Part shown: piece after piece, positions 41,826-53,220 of the stretch
Position numbering within the stretch: the stretch's first letter is position 1
Layout: every line of letters starts with the position of its first letter
Source of the DNA: an uncultured delta proteobacterium
GTDB taxonomy: Bacteria > Desulfobacterota > Desulfobaccia > Desulfobaccales > 0-14-0-80-60-11
NCBI GenBank assembly: GCA_963841475.1
Contig: CAWJCT010000002.1
Coordinates: forward strand, 232,766 to 296,765
Length of the DNA stretch: 64,000 nucleotides
Direction of reading: 5' to 3'
The notes under the pieces: generated by a model
What the model saw: the letters and a program-made list of their open reading frames with translations, nothing else
Told to the model about the DNA's origin: nothing
The model's database searches: none
Made by a program: the position numbers and the translations under genes

Positions 41826-42651
41826 TCAGTGGTCAGCTAATGGAGCTTCAGCTTGAAGATCATGCGCCGCCAGGATTTCCAGGGCCCTCAACCCCACGTC
41901 GATGAGGCGCCGTTCGGCCCATGCCGGGCCTGGGCCCCAGGGAGCCCCTGGCTTCGGTTACCCGGTTGTTGAGCACCAGGCAGGCGCCCCCGGCCCGGAT
42001 CGTAAGGTGGAGACTGCCGCCAGGGTCAGGTAGGTCGACATCTCCATCTCCATATTGAGGACCCCGGCCTGGCTGAGGCGGGCCACTTTGTCAGGGTCCG
42101 AGGGTGGGAAACCCAGGCGCCACCCGGCCCTGGCCGGCGTAAAAATCCGCCGTGGTGCAGGTGAGGCCACGTGATGCGGCATGTTTAAGGACTGCGGCCG
42201 CCTCGGATCAGGGCCGTCGACGATTGCCGGCGTCGGCCTGGGGGACGAAGCTCCGCCGGGGCATATAGCCCGGGTGGTATTTTCCTCCCGCCGGGCCGAC
42301 TCGGTGATGACCAGGTCCCCCACCTCGATATACCCCTGGAGCGCCCCGCAGGTGCCCAGGCGGATAAAGGTGACGGGCGTCGACGCAGTTGGCCGCCTCG
42401 ACGATGGCGATGGCGGTGGCCGGGGCGCCGATGCCGGTGGCCATGACCGAGACCGGGATGTCCTGATAGATGCCGGTATAGGTGAGAAACTCCCGGTTTT
42501 TGCGGCGCATATCCACCCGGTGAGCCGGCGGGCGATGGCCCGGGCCCGATCAGGGTCGCCGCAGGTCAGGATATAGGGGGCCAGCTCCCCGGGAGCGCAG
42601 TCAAGGTGATAAAACCGGCCCCGGGCATTTTTCGGAATGGGCTACGAGCAT
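41826..42651 (-). CDS. Nucleoside phosphorylase (Udp/DeoD, PNP_UDP_1 family; about 4 frameshifts)
   Basis: FYHLDCAPGELAPYILTCGDPDRARAIA, VSVMATGIGAPATAIAIVE, RLGTCGALQ..GDLVITESA, GVLNMEMEMSTYLTLA. Confidence 0.65.
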
Positions 42652-42720
42652 ATGCTTCGGCATGTCCAGTCGGAGAGCAATCCCGCGCCCGGATGGGAAG
42701 GCGCTGCGCTTTCCCGCACC

Positions 42721-43443
42721 TCAGCTTGAATCCGAGCTGCGTTCTCTAATCCTTTCGTTCAGCAGCTGCCCCTTGATGAGGCGGCGGATGCGGCCGGCGT
42801 GGCTGGCGGCCTCGGGGTCGTGGGTGACGATGATGATGGTTTTCTGAAAGTCCTGGTTGAGCCGGGTCAACAGGTCCATGATTTCCCCGGCGGATTTCCC
42901 GTCCAGGTCGCCGGTGGGTTCATCGGCGGCGATGAGGGTGGGGTCGGTGACCAGGGCCCGGGCGATGGCCACCCGCTGCTGCTGGCCGCCGGAGAGCTGG
43001 GCCGGGTAGTGGTTCTGCCGGTCGCTCAGGCCCACCAGTTCCAGGACCAGTTCCACGTGCTCCTTTCTCTCCCGGCGGGACAGCTCGGGTAAGGAGCAGG
43101 GGCAGTTCCACGTTTTCATAGGCCGTGAGCACCGGGATGAGCTGATAAAACTGGAAGACGAAGCCCACGTTGGCGGCCCGCCAATCCGCCAGCTGGGATT
43201 CGGTGAGGGCCGGGAGGTCGATGCCGTGCACCGTAAGGTGCCGGAGTCCGGGCGGTCCAGCCCGGCTATGAGGTTGAGTAGGGTGGTCTTCCCGGACCCG
43301 GAAGGGCCCATGAGGGCCAGAAATTCCCCGGCTTAGATAGTGAGGCTGATGTCCTCGAGGACCGGCAGCACCTGGCTGCCCCGGCGATAGGATTTATTCA
43401 GGTGGGCGATCTCAACTACCGGGGCCGGGGCGAGCGACCGCAT
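42721..43443 (-). CDS. ABC transporter ATP-binding protein (MacB/LolD type; 2 frameshifts plus one in-frame TAA)
   Basis: [52 protein letters not shown]. Confidence 0.85.
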
Positions 43444-43449
43444 TCCCGC

Positions 43450-44669
43450 TCATGACTCTTTGACTTTAACCCGGGAGCCGTCCTGCAAGGAGGCGGGCGG
43501 GTTCAAGACCACCCGGTCCCCTTCCTTGAGGCCGCTTTTGATCTCCACCAGGTCGTTCATGGTGAGGCCCCTGGTGACCGGAACCAGCTTCACCCGGTTG
43601 CCGATTACCAGAAAACTGTAGGAGCGGCCCTCCCGGGTGACCAGGGCGGCCTTGGGAATGGTCAGGCGGGGCTGGCGCTCGCCCGGCTCCAGGGGCTGGG
43701 AGAGAAAGGCCACCTTGGCGCTCATTTCCGGCAGGATGCGGTCGTCGTTTTCCAGAAACTTCACCTTGGTGAGCACCGTGGCCTTGGTTCGGTCGGCGGT
43801 GGGGACAATCATATGGACCTCGCCGGCAAAGCGCCGGTCGGGAATGGCGTCCAGGGAAATTTCGCAGGGTTGCCCCAGGTGCACCTTGTCCAGGTTGGAC
43901 TCCGCCACATCCACTTCCACCATCAGGGAGTTGAGGTCGGCCATGGTCACCACCGCGGCCCGGGCATTGACCGCGGCGCCGAAGGGGGCCACCACTTCCC
44001 CCACTTCGGCGTACTTGGTGGTCACCACCCCGTCGAAAGGGGCCGCGGATGTAGGTGTATTCCAGGGCCGCCTGGGTGTTGGCCAGCCCAGCCTGGGCCA
44101 CCTTGATGCGGGCCTGGGCCGCGGCCACCCCGGCCAGGGCCTTCTTGTCGCGGGCATCGGCGGTGTCAAAGTCCTGCTTGGCAATGAGGTCCTGGGCTAC
44201 CAGGGTTTTATAGCGGCGATATTGGAGTCCGGCGTCCACCACCTCGGCCTGGGCGGTGCCCAGGTCGGCTTCGGCCTGCTTCACCTGAGCGCTGGCCTGG
44301 TTCCGGGAGGCGATCAGGTCTTCATTCTCCAGGGAGGCCAGGATCTGGCCCTTCTTGACCCGGCTGCCTTCCTCCACCCCCAGGAAGGCCAGGCGGCCGG
44401 TGCTCTTGGAGGAAACCGCGGCCTTGCGCTGGGCCACCACGTAGCCGCTGGCGTTCAGGACCGTGTAGGCCTGGGCCGGGTAGAGGCGGGACCACCACCG
44501 TGGTCGTGACTTCCTGAGCCGGCTGGAGGGGTCCCCACAGGTAAAGCCCGGCGAGTCCCAGCAGGACCAGGCCCAGGATAATTATGATCATGCGGGTCCG
44601 GGAGGGTCCCGCCGCCGGGGGTTCTGTTCCCGGGCGCTGGATGCGAAGTTTATCGAGATCAGGAGACAA
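43450..44669 (-). CDS. HlyD/MacA-family periplasmic adaptor (about 3 frameshifts)
   Basis: N-terminal TM, coiled-coil region (QVKQAEADLGTAQAEV..AQARIKVAQAGLANTQAALEYT), then IRAPFDGVVT and a beta-barrel C-terminus. Confidence 0.8.
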
Positions 44670-45138
44670 TAGATAAGTTCCTGAAAAGAATTTAGGCCTT
44701 CCGTCCCGGCAGGGTCGTCAGGCCTCCCACTCTATCAAATCTCCCCGCAAGAGGCAATCTTCCGAGGCCAGGCCCGTCTGAGGCAGGATTCCCGCCAGCC
44801 ACCCGGCGGGGATGGTCGCCTGATGGAGCAGGCGGTCCGCTGGCGTGGTTTAAGGCCTCCGGCGGCCTCAGCCCCGCGCCGCCGCCGCCCCGGAATCAAC
44901 TATCCCTTCCTATCCTTCCTGGCGTGTGCCACCACATTTTTCTATAAATAAGGGCTTTCATGCCTGGGACTTTGGCTCACCCGTGCTTTATGAAAATAGC
45001 GAACCGCATGGGGGCCTTTGCCCTATCATATGCGGAAGCGTCTTACGCGCCAATCGTGGAGGCCACGGGCCGCCCTCTGGGAGCGTTTCAAGGGAGAGAT
45101 TGACCAGGGTCGGCCGGCTGGTAAGGAAAGCCTTTCCC

Positions 45139-45408
45139 TCAATGCAAGACCCGGGGTTTGACTGCCGGCAGCCAGTAAGGTTCGGGATAGGGCTGCTCAT
45201 CCCGGGCCTGAGGGGCCCCGGGGGACAATTCCGACCGGGTCACTGTCTGCAAGGCCAGAAGAGAATTCCGCAGATTGTCCAATTCTTGTAACAGCGCATC
45301 CAACGCCACAATCAGGGACTCCTGATAATACCCCTGGTCCATCAACCTCCGGGCCTCCTCCATCTTGACGAAGCTTTGGGGGTCACTCGCCTTATCTTTC
45401 ATAACCAA
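45139..45408 (-). CDS. Hypothetical small protein (89 aa)
   Basis: ORF only, with a helical N-terminal half. No homology recognised. Confidence 0.3.
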   Translation of the reverse strand: MVMKDKASDPQSFVKMEEARRLMDQGYYQESLIVALDALLQELDNLRNSLLALQTVTRSELSPGAPQARDEQPYPEPYWLPAVKPRVLH

Positions 45409-46032
45409 ACCTCACCATGAGCGAAATGTGGGGGTCTCTCTCAATCTGCTAATGTTTCTCCTGGTTCCACCTTCGTGACCCCCAGACAGGCCGCAATCGT
45501 TTGTGAATCAATTGCGACTCATGTGAGCAAATACCGTACCACTGGGCCAATCTACATTATTATTTTAATGATTCAAACAGGTTAACCTTAACGACCTGCA
45601 TGGTTTTGCTTTGAGCTGTGGTAAGGATTGCTGAACGTCCTGGCGGGATAATTAAACATGGTCGTGACTTTTGGATCGCATCGCGTCGTGCCACGATTCA
45701 CCGAATGCTGACGTAATTCCCCGCTCTTTCTCCCCAAGGAGTTGAACATGCGCTTTGGGCCCCGGGCGCAATTTTTAAGAATGCCACAATGCCTGAGGCC
45801 TTTTGAGGGGCTCCCCCAAAATAAGGCTGTTTTAGTGATAAACCGGGATAAATTGTGCCCATGACCCTTTCCGGAGGCCATTTTTCATGCGAAAATATTG
45901 TTTTGTGGGGGGGGTGGCCCTGGGGCGTCGATACTGAGGGCCACCCGATAACTTTGGCCGGTAATTCCCACCTCAACCAACCGAGTCATCATCGCCGGCG
46001 CGGCCCTAACCAGCGGCCGCCAAGGAGGTCAC

Positions 46033-46755
46033 ATGCCGCAAATTATCCGCTCGTTTTTCCTGATTACCCTGGTAGTCGCCGCCCTGTCCCAACCCTCACT
46101 GGGAGCGGTAACTGCGTCCCCCCCCAGCATCAGTGTGGACGCCGAAGGCAAGGTGATGGCCACCCCGGACGTGGCCCGGTTGACCCTGGAGGTGGAGACT
46201 CAGGCGGCCACCGCCGCCGCCGCGGGCCAGGAAAACGCCAAGCAGGCTGACGGCGTGCTCTCCGCCGTGAAGCCGATCCTGGGCCCCAAGGACAAAATCC
46301 GGACCCTGGGATATCGTCTGACGCCGGTGCACTTTTACAAGGATAAAGCCTCCCCTCCGGAAATCAAGGGCTACCGGGCCGTCAATCAACTCGAGGTTAA
46401 GGTCCTGGATGTGGCCCGGTTGGGAACGGTGATCGACACCGCCTTGAAAAATGGCGCCACCAGAGTCAATGGCCCCTACTGGAGCCATTCCCGTATCGAA
46501 GAACTGCAGCGCCAGGCGGCGGTGAATGCGCTGGAACGAGCCCGGGCCCTGGCGGAAGCCCTGGCCCTGGCGGCCGGGCTAAAAATCAAAAGCGTGGACA
46601 AGATCTCCACCGGGGTCCGCATCATTGCTCCCCGGGGCGCGGGGGAAGCTTATCTGATGGCCAAGGCGGCCGGCCCCGCCAGCCCCACCCCCATTGAAGT
46701 GGGCGAGGAGGAGATTACCGCCCACCTCCAGGCGGTATTTCTGGTAAGTCCTTGA
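46033..46755 (+). CDS. SIMPL/DUF541-domain periplasmic protein
   Basis: Signal peptide, then ISVDAEGKVMATPDVARLTLEVETQA.. and GYRAVNQLEVKV.. patterns. RBS AAGGAGG. Intact. Confidence 0.8.
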   Translation: MPQIIRSFFLITLVVAALSQPSLGAVTASPPSISVDAEGKVMATPDVARLTLEVETQAATAAAAGQENAKQADGVLSAVKPILGPKDKIRTLGYRLTPVHFYKDKASPPEIKGYRAVNQLEVKVLDVARLGTVIDTALKNGATRVNGPYWSHSRIEELQRQAAVNALERARALAEALALAAGLKIKSVDKISTGVRIIAPRGAGEAYLMAKAAGPASPTPIEVGEEEITAHLQAVFLVSP

Positions 46756-46796
46756 CGTCGAGGTTTTTCCTGGCCTTCCTTTACAAGGGCTAACTT

Positions 46797-46825
46797 TGTG
46801 GTTATTATTGAATTAATTAACCACA
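46797..46825. promoter_or_regulatory. Palindrome TGTGGTTA-N13-TAACCACA overlapping the nifU-like promoter/RBS region (candidate operator)
   Basis: Read directly; 12 nt upstream of the GTG start. Confidence 0.35.
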
Positions 46826-46837
46826 TGGAGGAAATCC

Positions 46838-47065
46838 GTGAGCGATACGAAGAAATTGGTGGAAACAGCCCTGGAAAAGATTCGTCCCATGCTACAGCGT
46901 GATGGGGGCGATATTGAACTCGTTGAAGTGAGCGACGGCGTGGTCAAAGTCCGCCTTACGGGGGCCTGCAAAGGCTGCCCCATGTCTCAGATGACCCTTA
47001 AACAAGGGGTGGAAAAGATGCTCCTGAAAGAAGTCCCGGGCCTCAAAGAGGTCCAGGCCGTTTAG
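46838..47065 (+). CDS. NifU C-terminal-domain-like Fe-S assembly protein (75 aa)
   Basis: IRPMLQRDGGDIELVEV..VKVRLTGACKGCPMSQMTLK (CxxC). Confidence 0.85.
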   Translation: MSDTKKLVETALEKIRPMLQRDGGDIELVEVSDGVVKVRLTGACKGCPMSQMTLKQGVEKMLLKEVPGLKEVQAV

Positions 47066-47072
47066 CTGGCGC

Positions 47073-47124
47073 GGGCCGGCGGCCGGAGCGAGACCCTCGT
47101 TCGGCCCGCCGGCCCCGGTTTTTT
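47073..47124 (+). terminator. Rho-independent terminator after the nifU-like gene
   Basis: GGGCCGGCGG ... CCGCCGGCCC stem followed by TTTTTT. Confidence 0.7.
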
Positions 47125-47189
47125 CTCTCCGCCAGGCTTCTCCCCCGCCCCACCGGTCCGGGGCTAAGGGCCTCCCGGCTCAAATATGC

Positions 47190-47218
47190 TTGACATCAGG
47201 GCGTAACCCGCCATAATT
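47190..47218 (+). promoter_or_regulatory. Sigma-70 promoter for tRNA-Ala (TTGACA-16/17 nt-CATAAT)
   Basis: Read directly. Ends ~10 nt before the tRNA 5' end. Confidence 0.6.
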
Positions 47219-47227
47219 AAAACACGT

Positions 47228-47303
47228 GGGGATGTAGCTCAGTTGGAAGAGCGCCTGCTTCGCATGTAGGAGGTCAGGGGTTCGAGTCCCCTCATCTCCA
47301 CCA
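47228..47303 (+). tRNA. tRNA-Ala (anticodon CGC), CCA encoded
   Basis: Manual cloverleaf: acceptor GGGGATG/CATCTCC with the G3:U70 Ala identity pair, D stem GCTC/GAGC, anticodon stem CCTGC/GTAGG with loop TTCGCAT, T arm AGGGG-TTCGAGT-CCCCT. Total 76 nt. Confidence 0.95.
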
Positions 47304-47321
47304 AAGATTTCAGTTAGTCAC

Positions 47322-47350
47322 GGCCCATGGTCTCCATGGGCCATTTTTTT
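47322..47350 (+). terminator. Rho-independent terminator after the tRNA
   Basis: GGCCCATGG-tctc-CCATGGGCC followed by ATTTTTTT. Confidence 0.75.
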
Positions 47351-48665
47351 GTGTGAATCCGTATCGCCGCAGCAATCAAATACCCCGCCAAAATTCAGTG
47401 GGCTTCGCTGGACAATTCGCCTGGCCGGAGAGTGCCATGTGTTATGAGTCGGGCGCCTCGATTCGCACTATCTATCAGCTGAAATCCCCTTGATAACAGC
47501 CCGTGAAACAACCCCAAAAGGCTCCAAGAACGCCGCCCCCTACCTTGAATTAGTTGGCTGGCTTTCGTTGAAATTCGGGTCGATACAGAGACCATACCTT
47601 GGGGTTTTGGCCATAGCCGCCGCCAACCTGAACGCCCTCCTGTCCGTTGGCTGTCATAAACCGAAAGAAATTTCGCGTGTCCTCGCGCCGCAACGAACTC
47701 CTACCCCCGCCTGGAAGAGGCTCTACATCATCCTTTCGCGTAATGATGGGGGCAGAGTTGACCTTCTGAGATTTCCCCGGAGGGGCATTAAAGGGGAGGC
47801 AGGGCCTCTTTATAGGTGTTTAGCGCGGTTACTCCGCTAAGGAAACCTGGTTCGACACAGCAGAGGGTGGGGTCCATCGGCGGGAAAGATAATAGACGGA
47901 TTCCTCCACAGGCTGGGGCTTGAGCACAGCATAAAGGCAGGAAGCAAAAAGTATCCCCCAGTCGCCCCCCAGAAGTGCCCCTAACGTAAAGGTGCACACA
48001 GCCCAAAACATAATTGGCTCCTTTTCCCTGGTGCCAACTTAAAACGCAGCCGGTTAATAAGCAATCAGCAGAATTACCTATTGGGGTTAGGTAAAAGTAC
48101 CCAAAAATATATGGGGGATTGGCCAGACCATTCCTCACCATCAGGAAGTGATGAAGGGGGTAAAGGACCGGGACCTCCAGACAGGCGAACCCACCGGCGA
48201 TTCGTCTAGGTCAAGTTCTGCAATTGGTCTGGGCAGACAGGTTTTTATATGGTGCTCCCCTTGGGGCTGGGACCTAAAGCCAAGCGAGTACAATGTCTCG
48301 GGAGTGAGCCTGAATCGCCGTAAGATTGATTCGGAGACCAAGATGGCGGCAGTCCTGGAAGAACTCCGAGATCAGCGAGAGTCTGGCCTATCGCAGGCAG
48401 AGCAAGTTCTTGGCAGGGGGTGCCCAGCCTGGCACCCTGACCCTGATGAAATTTAGAAATTTCAAACTTTAGGTTGGGCGGTACCCAACCACGCGGAAGG
48501 TCTGCTTATACAGGCTCCCTGCATTCCTCGCCGCGTGGCTGGGAATTAATCTGGCAATTTGGGACGAAAGAACGGCTTTGCCGCGACCGGTTAACCCGAC
48601 GTCAAAAACTGCCCCAGGCCTTTGGGCTTACCGTCCCAAGGACGGTAAGCCTAATCCCCTCAGGC

Positions 48666-50011
48666 CTATTCCTCATCCATCTCGACGCCGAACCGTTCCC
48701 ATTGGGCCGCAGCTTCGGCCTCACTCCGGGCGATTTCTTCTTCGCTCCACGGCTCCAAAATCAGACTATCCGCCACCAGTTCCCAAAGGTATTTCACCTC
48801 ATATTTATACTCGGGATTGAATTTGGGAACGCGTTTCATGAGCTGGTCGTGGCAGTTGGAGCAGGCGACCACCAGGACATTGGCGCCGCTGTTCTTGATG
48901 GATTCGTACTTGGCCTGTACCATGCCAGGCGGATTCCTGCTTCATAGGGGCCGGGCCACATGCCGCCGCCGGCGCCGCAGCAGTGGCCGTTGGCCCGGTT
49001 CGGCTCCATATCGACAAAGTTGTCCACGCACTGTTGAATAATCCACCGGGGCTCTTCATAGAAGCCCTTGCCGAAATGGCGCTCGAGCTCCCGGCCGTGT
49101 TTACAGGAGTCATGCCAGGTGAAGATTTTGCCGGCGTTGACGCTTTTGTCGAGCTTGATCCGGCCCGATTGGATGAGCTTCACGAGATATTCGTAGAGAT
49201 AGAGATAGTTAATCTCATTTGCCGGGTTCTCCTTGACACACAACTTCATGCCCACGCGGCAGCCGTATGAGCCCCCGCCGCAATCCGGCATGATCATCTG
49301 TTTGACGTGGTGCTCCTTCATGAAGTCGATCTTGCGCTGGGCAAAGGCCTTGATGTAGTCATAGTTCCCGGTAAACAGACCCCAGTCCACCGACTCCCAG
49401 TTTTCAGACGGAATGGTCCAGTTTTCCCGGGCGGCGTAGAAGATTTTCCACCACCATTTCATATCCTCATTGTCGGCAAAAACTTCCTTGGAATTCGGGA
49501 AGAAGAGCGTGTCGGCCCCCTCTTTATCGAGGGGCACATAGAAGCCGGGGCAGTCCTCGTCGGCCATCTCTTTGCCCATGTCGGACATGAGAAACAGGTA
49601 ATCCTCCAGGGGGATCGCCATGTTGTTGCCGGTTTTGAAGCAGTTTTCGGCGCCCTTGTGGAGAATGCCCGGCACTTTGTCCCGGGGGCGCAAGGACTTC
49701 ATGTGCAGCATGATGTAGGGGATATCGAGATCCATCGGGCAGGCGTGGGCGCAGCGGCCGCAGCCGGTGCAGACCCAGGGGAACTTCGAGTCGACCACCT
49801 CATCAACCATGCCGAAGTGCAGCATCCGCAGGACCTTTCTGGTGTCCCAGCCTTCCATCCCCGGCGTTCCCGTGACGGGGCAGCCGCTGGTGCAGGTCCC
49901 GCAGGTCATGCACAGATTCAGGTTGAATTTTGCCAGGGCCTCTTGGATCGGCTCCGGTAGTTTTTGCGGTATTACGGCAGCTTGCATAATGATCTCCTTC
50001 CCTGCATCCAA
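48666..50011 (-). CDS. HdrD-like Fe-S oxidoreductase (2x[4Fe-4S] ferredoxin domain plus two CCG domains; about 2 frameshifts near 48925-48950)
   Basis: CMTCGTCTSGCP and CTGCGRCAHACP. CCG motifs MPDCGGGSYGC, WHDSCKHG, HCCGAGGG, VVACSNCHDQL. Confidence 0.8.
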
Positions 50012-50056
50012 AGATGGTTTATAGAATTCTCCACCCGATCCAGCCGCAGTCGATGG

Positions 50057-51600
50057 TCATGATCCGGGGCAGGGAATGTAGACGTGGAACGTACTGCCCG
50101 CGGTCAGGCTCGCTCTCCACGCGGATGAAGCCGTTGTGGGCTTCCACGATGCTTTTGACGATGGCGAGTCCCAGGCCGGTACCGATGATAAATCTCGTCT
50201 TGTCGTTTTTTATCCGGTAGAAACGATTAAAAATATGGCCCAGGTCTTCAGGGGCCATACCGATGCCATTATCGGACACACTCGCCCTGAGGTAGCCGCT
50301 CTCCATGGCCGCGGCAACGGTCACCTTGCCCCCTTCGGGCGTATAGTTGATGGCATTGCTGATGAGATTGGAAAAGACCTCTTCCATATTGCGCCGGTCG
50401 GCAAACACGGGAGCAAGCTCGGGGAGAGGCTCCAACGCCAGCGAGATCCCCTTGGCCTGAGCTGTGGCGCCATGAAAGGCCACCTGATCCTCCAGGATGT
50501 CGCACAGGTTGAGCTGCTCCTTCTCCTGGCTGATCAGGCCTGATTCTATGCGGGCCAGGTCCAGGAGTTCGGACGACAGACTCACCAGGCTCTTGACCTT
50601 TTCCGAGGCCCGGCCCAGAATTTCCTGTTGCCTTGGGGTGACCTCGCCGGCCAGGCCGTCGAGGATTATCTGCATCTGGGCCAGGACCGAATTCAACGGA
50701 CTCCGAATTTCGTGGGAGACCATGGAGACGAATTCCGACTTGATCTGGTCCAGGCGCTTCAAGGTAGTGATGTCGTGCAGTACGGTGATGGTGCCCACGT
50801 TCCGGCCGGCCCGGTCGATGTAAGGGATGCAGCGGGCACTTCAGGATCGGACCCGGTTGAGCCGGCCTCGGCCTCGCAGCAAATCTCTTCGGTCAGTTCC
50901 ACGAGATCGTCTCCGGATAAGGCCAGCGCCCGGTCGATCATCTGTTCAAGCTGGCCATCGGGGATGACTTCACCGACTGTACGCCCTACGGCCTGGACTT
51001 CCCGGCAACCCGCCATCCTCAAGAAAGGCCGGGTTGGCGAGCACGACGCGCTTTTGGCTATCCGTGGCCATGACGCCGTCCGTGAGACAGATTGATGAGC
51101 ACGCGCATCCGCGACTTCTCGTCGGCAATGTCCTGCATGGCCCGGGTGTATTCGATGGCCTTCTTGGTAAGGACTCGCAGTTGCTCGGGTGAGAAGGGCT
51201 TGGGGATAAAATCGAAAGCCCCCCGTTTCATGGCCTCGATGGAGTTTTCCACCGTCGCATACCCGCTGATCACGATGATTACCGTGTCGGGGTGCAGCGA
51301 CTTGACGTGGGCCAGCACATCGAACCCGGAAAGACTGGGCATCATCAGGTCCAGGAGAATGATGTCATAATGGCGGCGCTCGATCATTTTCAGCCCAACT
51401 TCTCCGGATTCGGCGATCGTCACCTCATACCCATCCCGGGCCAGGACCTTCCGGCAGCCTTCGCGCACCCGCTCCTCATCGTCGATAACCAGAATGGTGG
51501 GGGCGGAGCGATTGATTGCGGCCATCTTCTCGACCATGATTTCAGGCCCCTTCCCCTGGGTGCTAAGAGAGCGATTGCTAAAGCTCATGTTCATCTGCAC
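50057..51600 (-). CDS. Hybrid sensor: receiver (REC) + PAS + HisKA + HATPase histidine kinase (about 3 frameshifts)
   Basis: ILVIDDEERV..ILLDLMMP (REC), SEFVSMVSHEIRSPLN (H-box), SDNGIGMAPED, GTGLGLAIV. Confidence 0.75.
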
Positions 51601-53124
51601 CCTGACAAAGGGGAAGTTCCAGTATGAAGGTGGTTCCTGCCTGGCTGGTTTCCTTCACCCAGATAGTGCCGCCATTCTCATGGACAATGCCATAGACGGT
51701 GCTCAGGCCTAAACCGGTCCCTTTTCCCAGGTCTTTGGTCGTAAAAAACGGGTCAAATATCCGGGGAAGATTATCCGCGGGTATGCCGCAACCGGTATCG
51801 GAGACTTCCAGATAGGCGAAACCTGCGGCCGCCTTTTTTGCCAGCCCCTCTTTCTCTTCCCCTTATCGCAGTAGGTCCGCAGGGTCAGGGTGCCTTTTCT
51901 CTCCATGGCATCAACCGCGTTGATGACCAGGTTGATAATCACCTGGTTGAGCTGACTCCGGTCCACTCTGATCAGCATTTCCTCGTCCGACAGCTCTTTA
52001 ACCACCTCTATATTGATGAACAGGCTCTGATCCCGAATGAGGCTCAGGCTCTGTTCGACCAGTTCATTGAGGTCTATCGTCTCCTTGTTGGCGCTCGTTT
52101 GCCTGCTGTAGGCGAGCAGGCTCTTGACAATGTTCCGGCATTGATTGGCGTCTTCGATAATAGACTGCAAATCCTGGTAGCTTGGGGTCGTCCTTCTGCA
52201 GGTCTTCCAGAAGCAGGCCGCCATACAGGAGGATGCCGGTCAGGGGATTGTTGATCTCATGGGCCACGCCGGCCGCGAGTTGACCGAGGGAGGCCATTTT
52301 CTCCGCCCGGGCGGCTCTCAGCAGCACCTCTTTAATCTTCTCCTCCTGGGCAAGTTTCTCCCTGAGGTCGTTAAAGATACCCATGGTGGCCACTTCTTTG
52401 CCACCCTCATAGATGGTCGCCGCGGTCAGCTCCACGGGAATCTCTTCCCCCTGGGCATTTACCAGTATGGTTTGGCTGCAGGGCAGCTTGCCTTTGCCGC
52501 CGAAGGCTTCACTCCTGAGTTTTCTCATGACTTCTTTCGCCTGTCCCGGCGGATACAGGTCTTGAACCGTGATTTTGTTGCGGGCCTCCTGGAAGGTATA
52601 GCCGGTGAGCTCTTCGGCGGCCGGGTTCATGACCAGGATCTTTCCACGCCGGTCTGCGGCAATGATGCCGCTGATCGAGCTCTGGACAAACTTTTCCATG
52701 AACACCTTGATCCCGGAAAGCTCTCTTTCCAGCCTCTTGACATGCGTGACATCGCGGATTTTCTCGATGATGTATCGGACCTCACCGTCTGATCCAGAAT
52801 GGGCGAGAATATGCGGTCCTCCCACTTTTCTTTCCTGCCGGGGATCTTGACGCGTCTGAGGATCGTCTGCCCGGTTTTTTCAGCCAGCACCTTGGGGAGC
52901 GGACAGGTGTCATAGGGACAGGGATCTTCAGACTGGTAAAAAAATTCATGGCAGGTTTGACCGATGATCTCATCTTTACGTAATGCCATATTGCTTCAAA
53001 AAGCTGTGTTAGCATCGAGAACAACCCGGTTCGGCTCCAAAATCAGGGTGGGCAGAGAGAGCGAATCGAATACCTTCGACCGCCAATCGAACTCTTCATT
53101 GATTTCACCGGCCCCTCTGGCCAT
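51578..53124 (-). CDS. PAS-PAS sensor histidine kinase (about 4 frameshifts)
   Basis: DEIIGQTCHEFFYQSEDPCPYDTCPL (Cys-rich PAS), second PAS IIAADRRGKILVMNPAAEELTGY, H-box LAAGVAHEINNPLTG, N/G boxes. Confidence 0.75.
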
Positions 53125-53220
53125 AGGAAAACCCGATCATCCTCGGCTGCCGGTTCCAAAGTTCAAGAGCCTCGAAGACGGAGACCCTGGAACGTTGACA
53201 CGTCCCCGTGACCCCTTCCC

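Noticed and set aside
47304-48665. Integrase or intact IS element next to tRNA-Ala
   Set aside because: No ORF with integrase (R..HxxR..Y) or DDE motifs is present. Only a weak ~35-aa resemblance to an IS3 OrfA N-terminus was found, so it is reported as a low-confidence observation rather than a feature.
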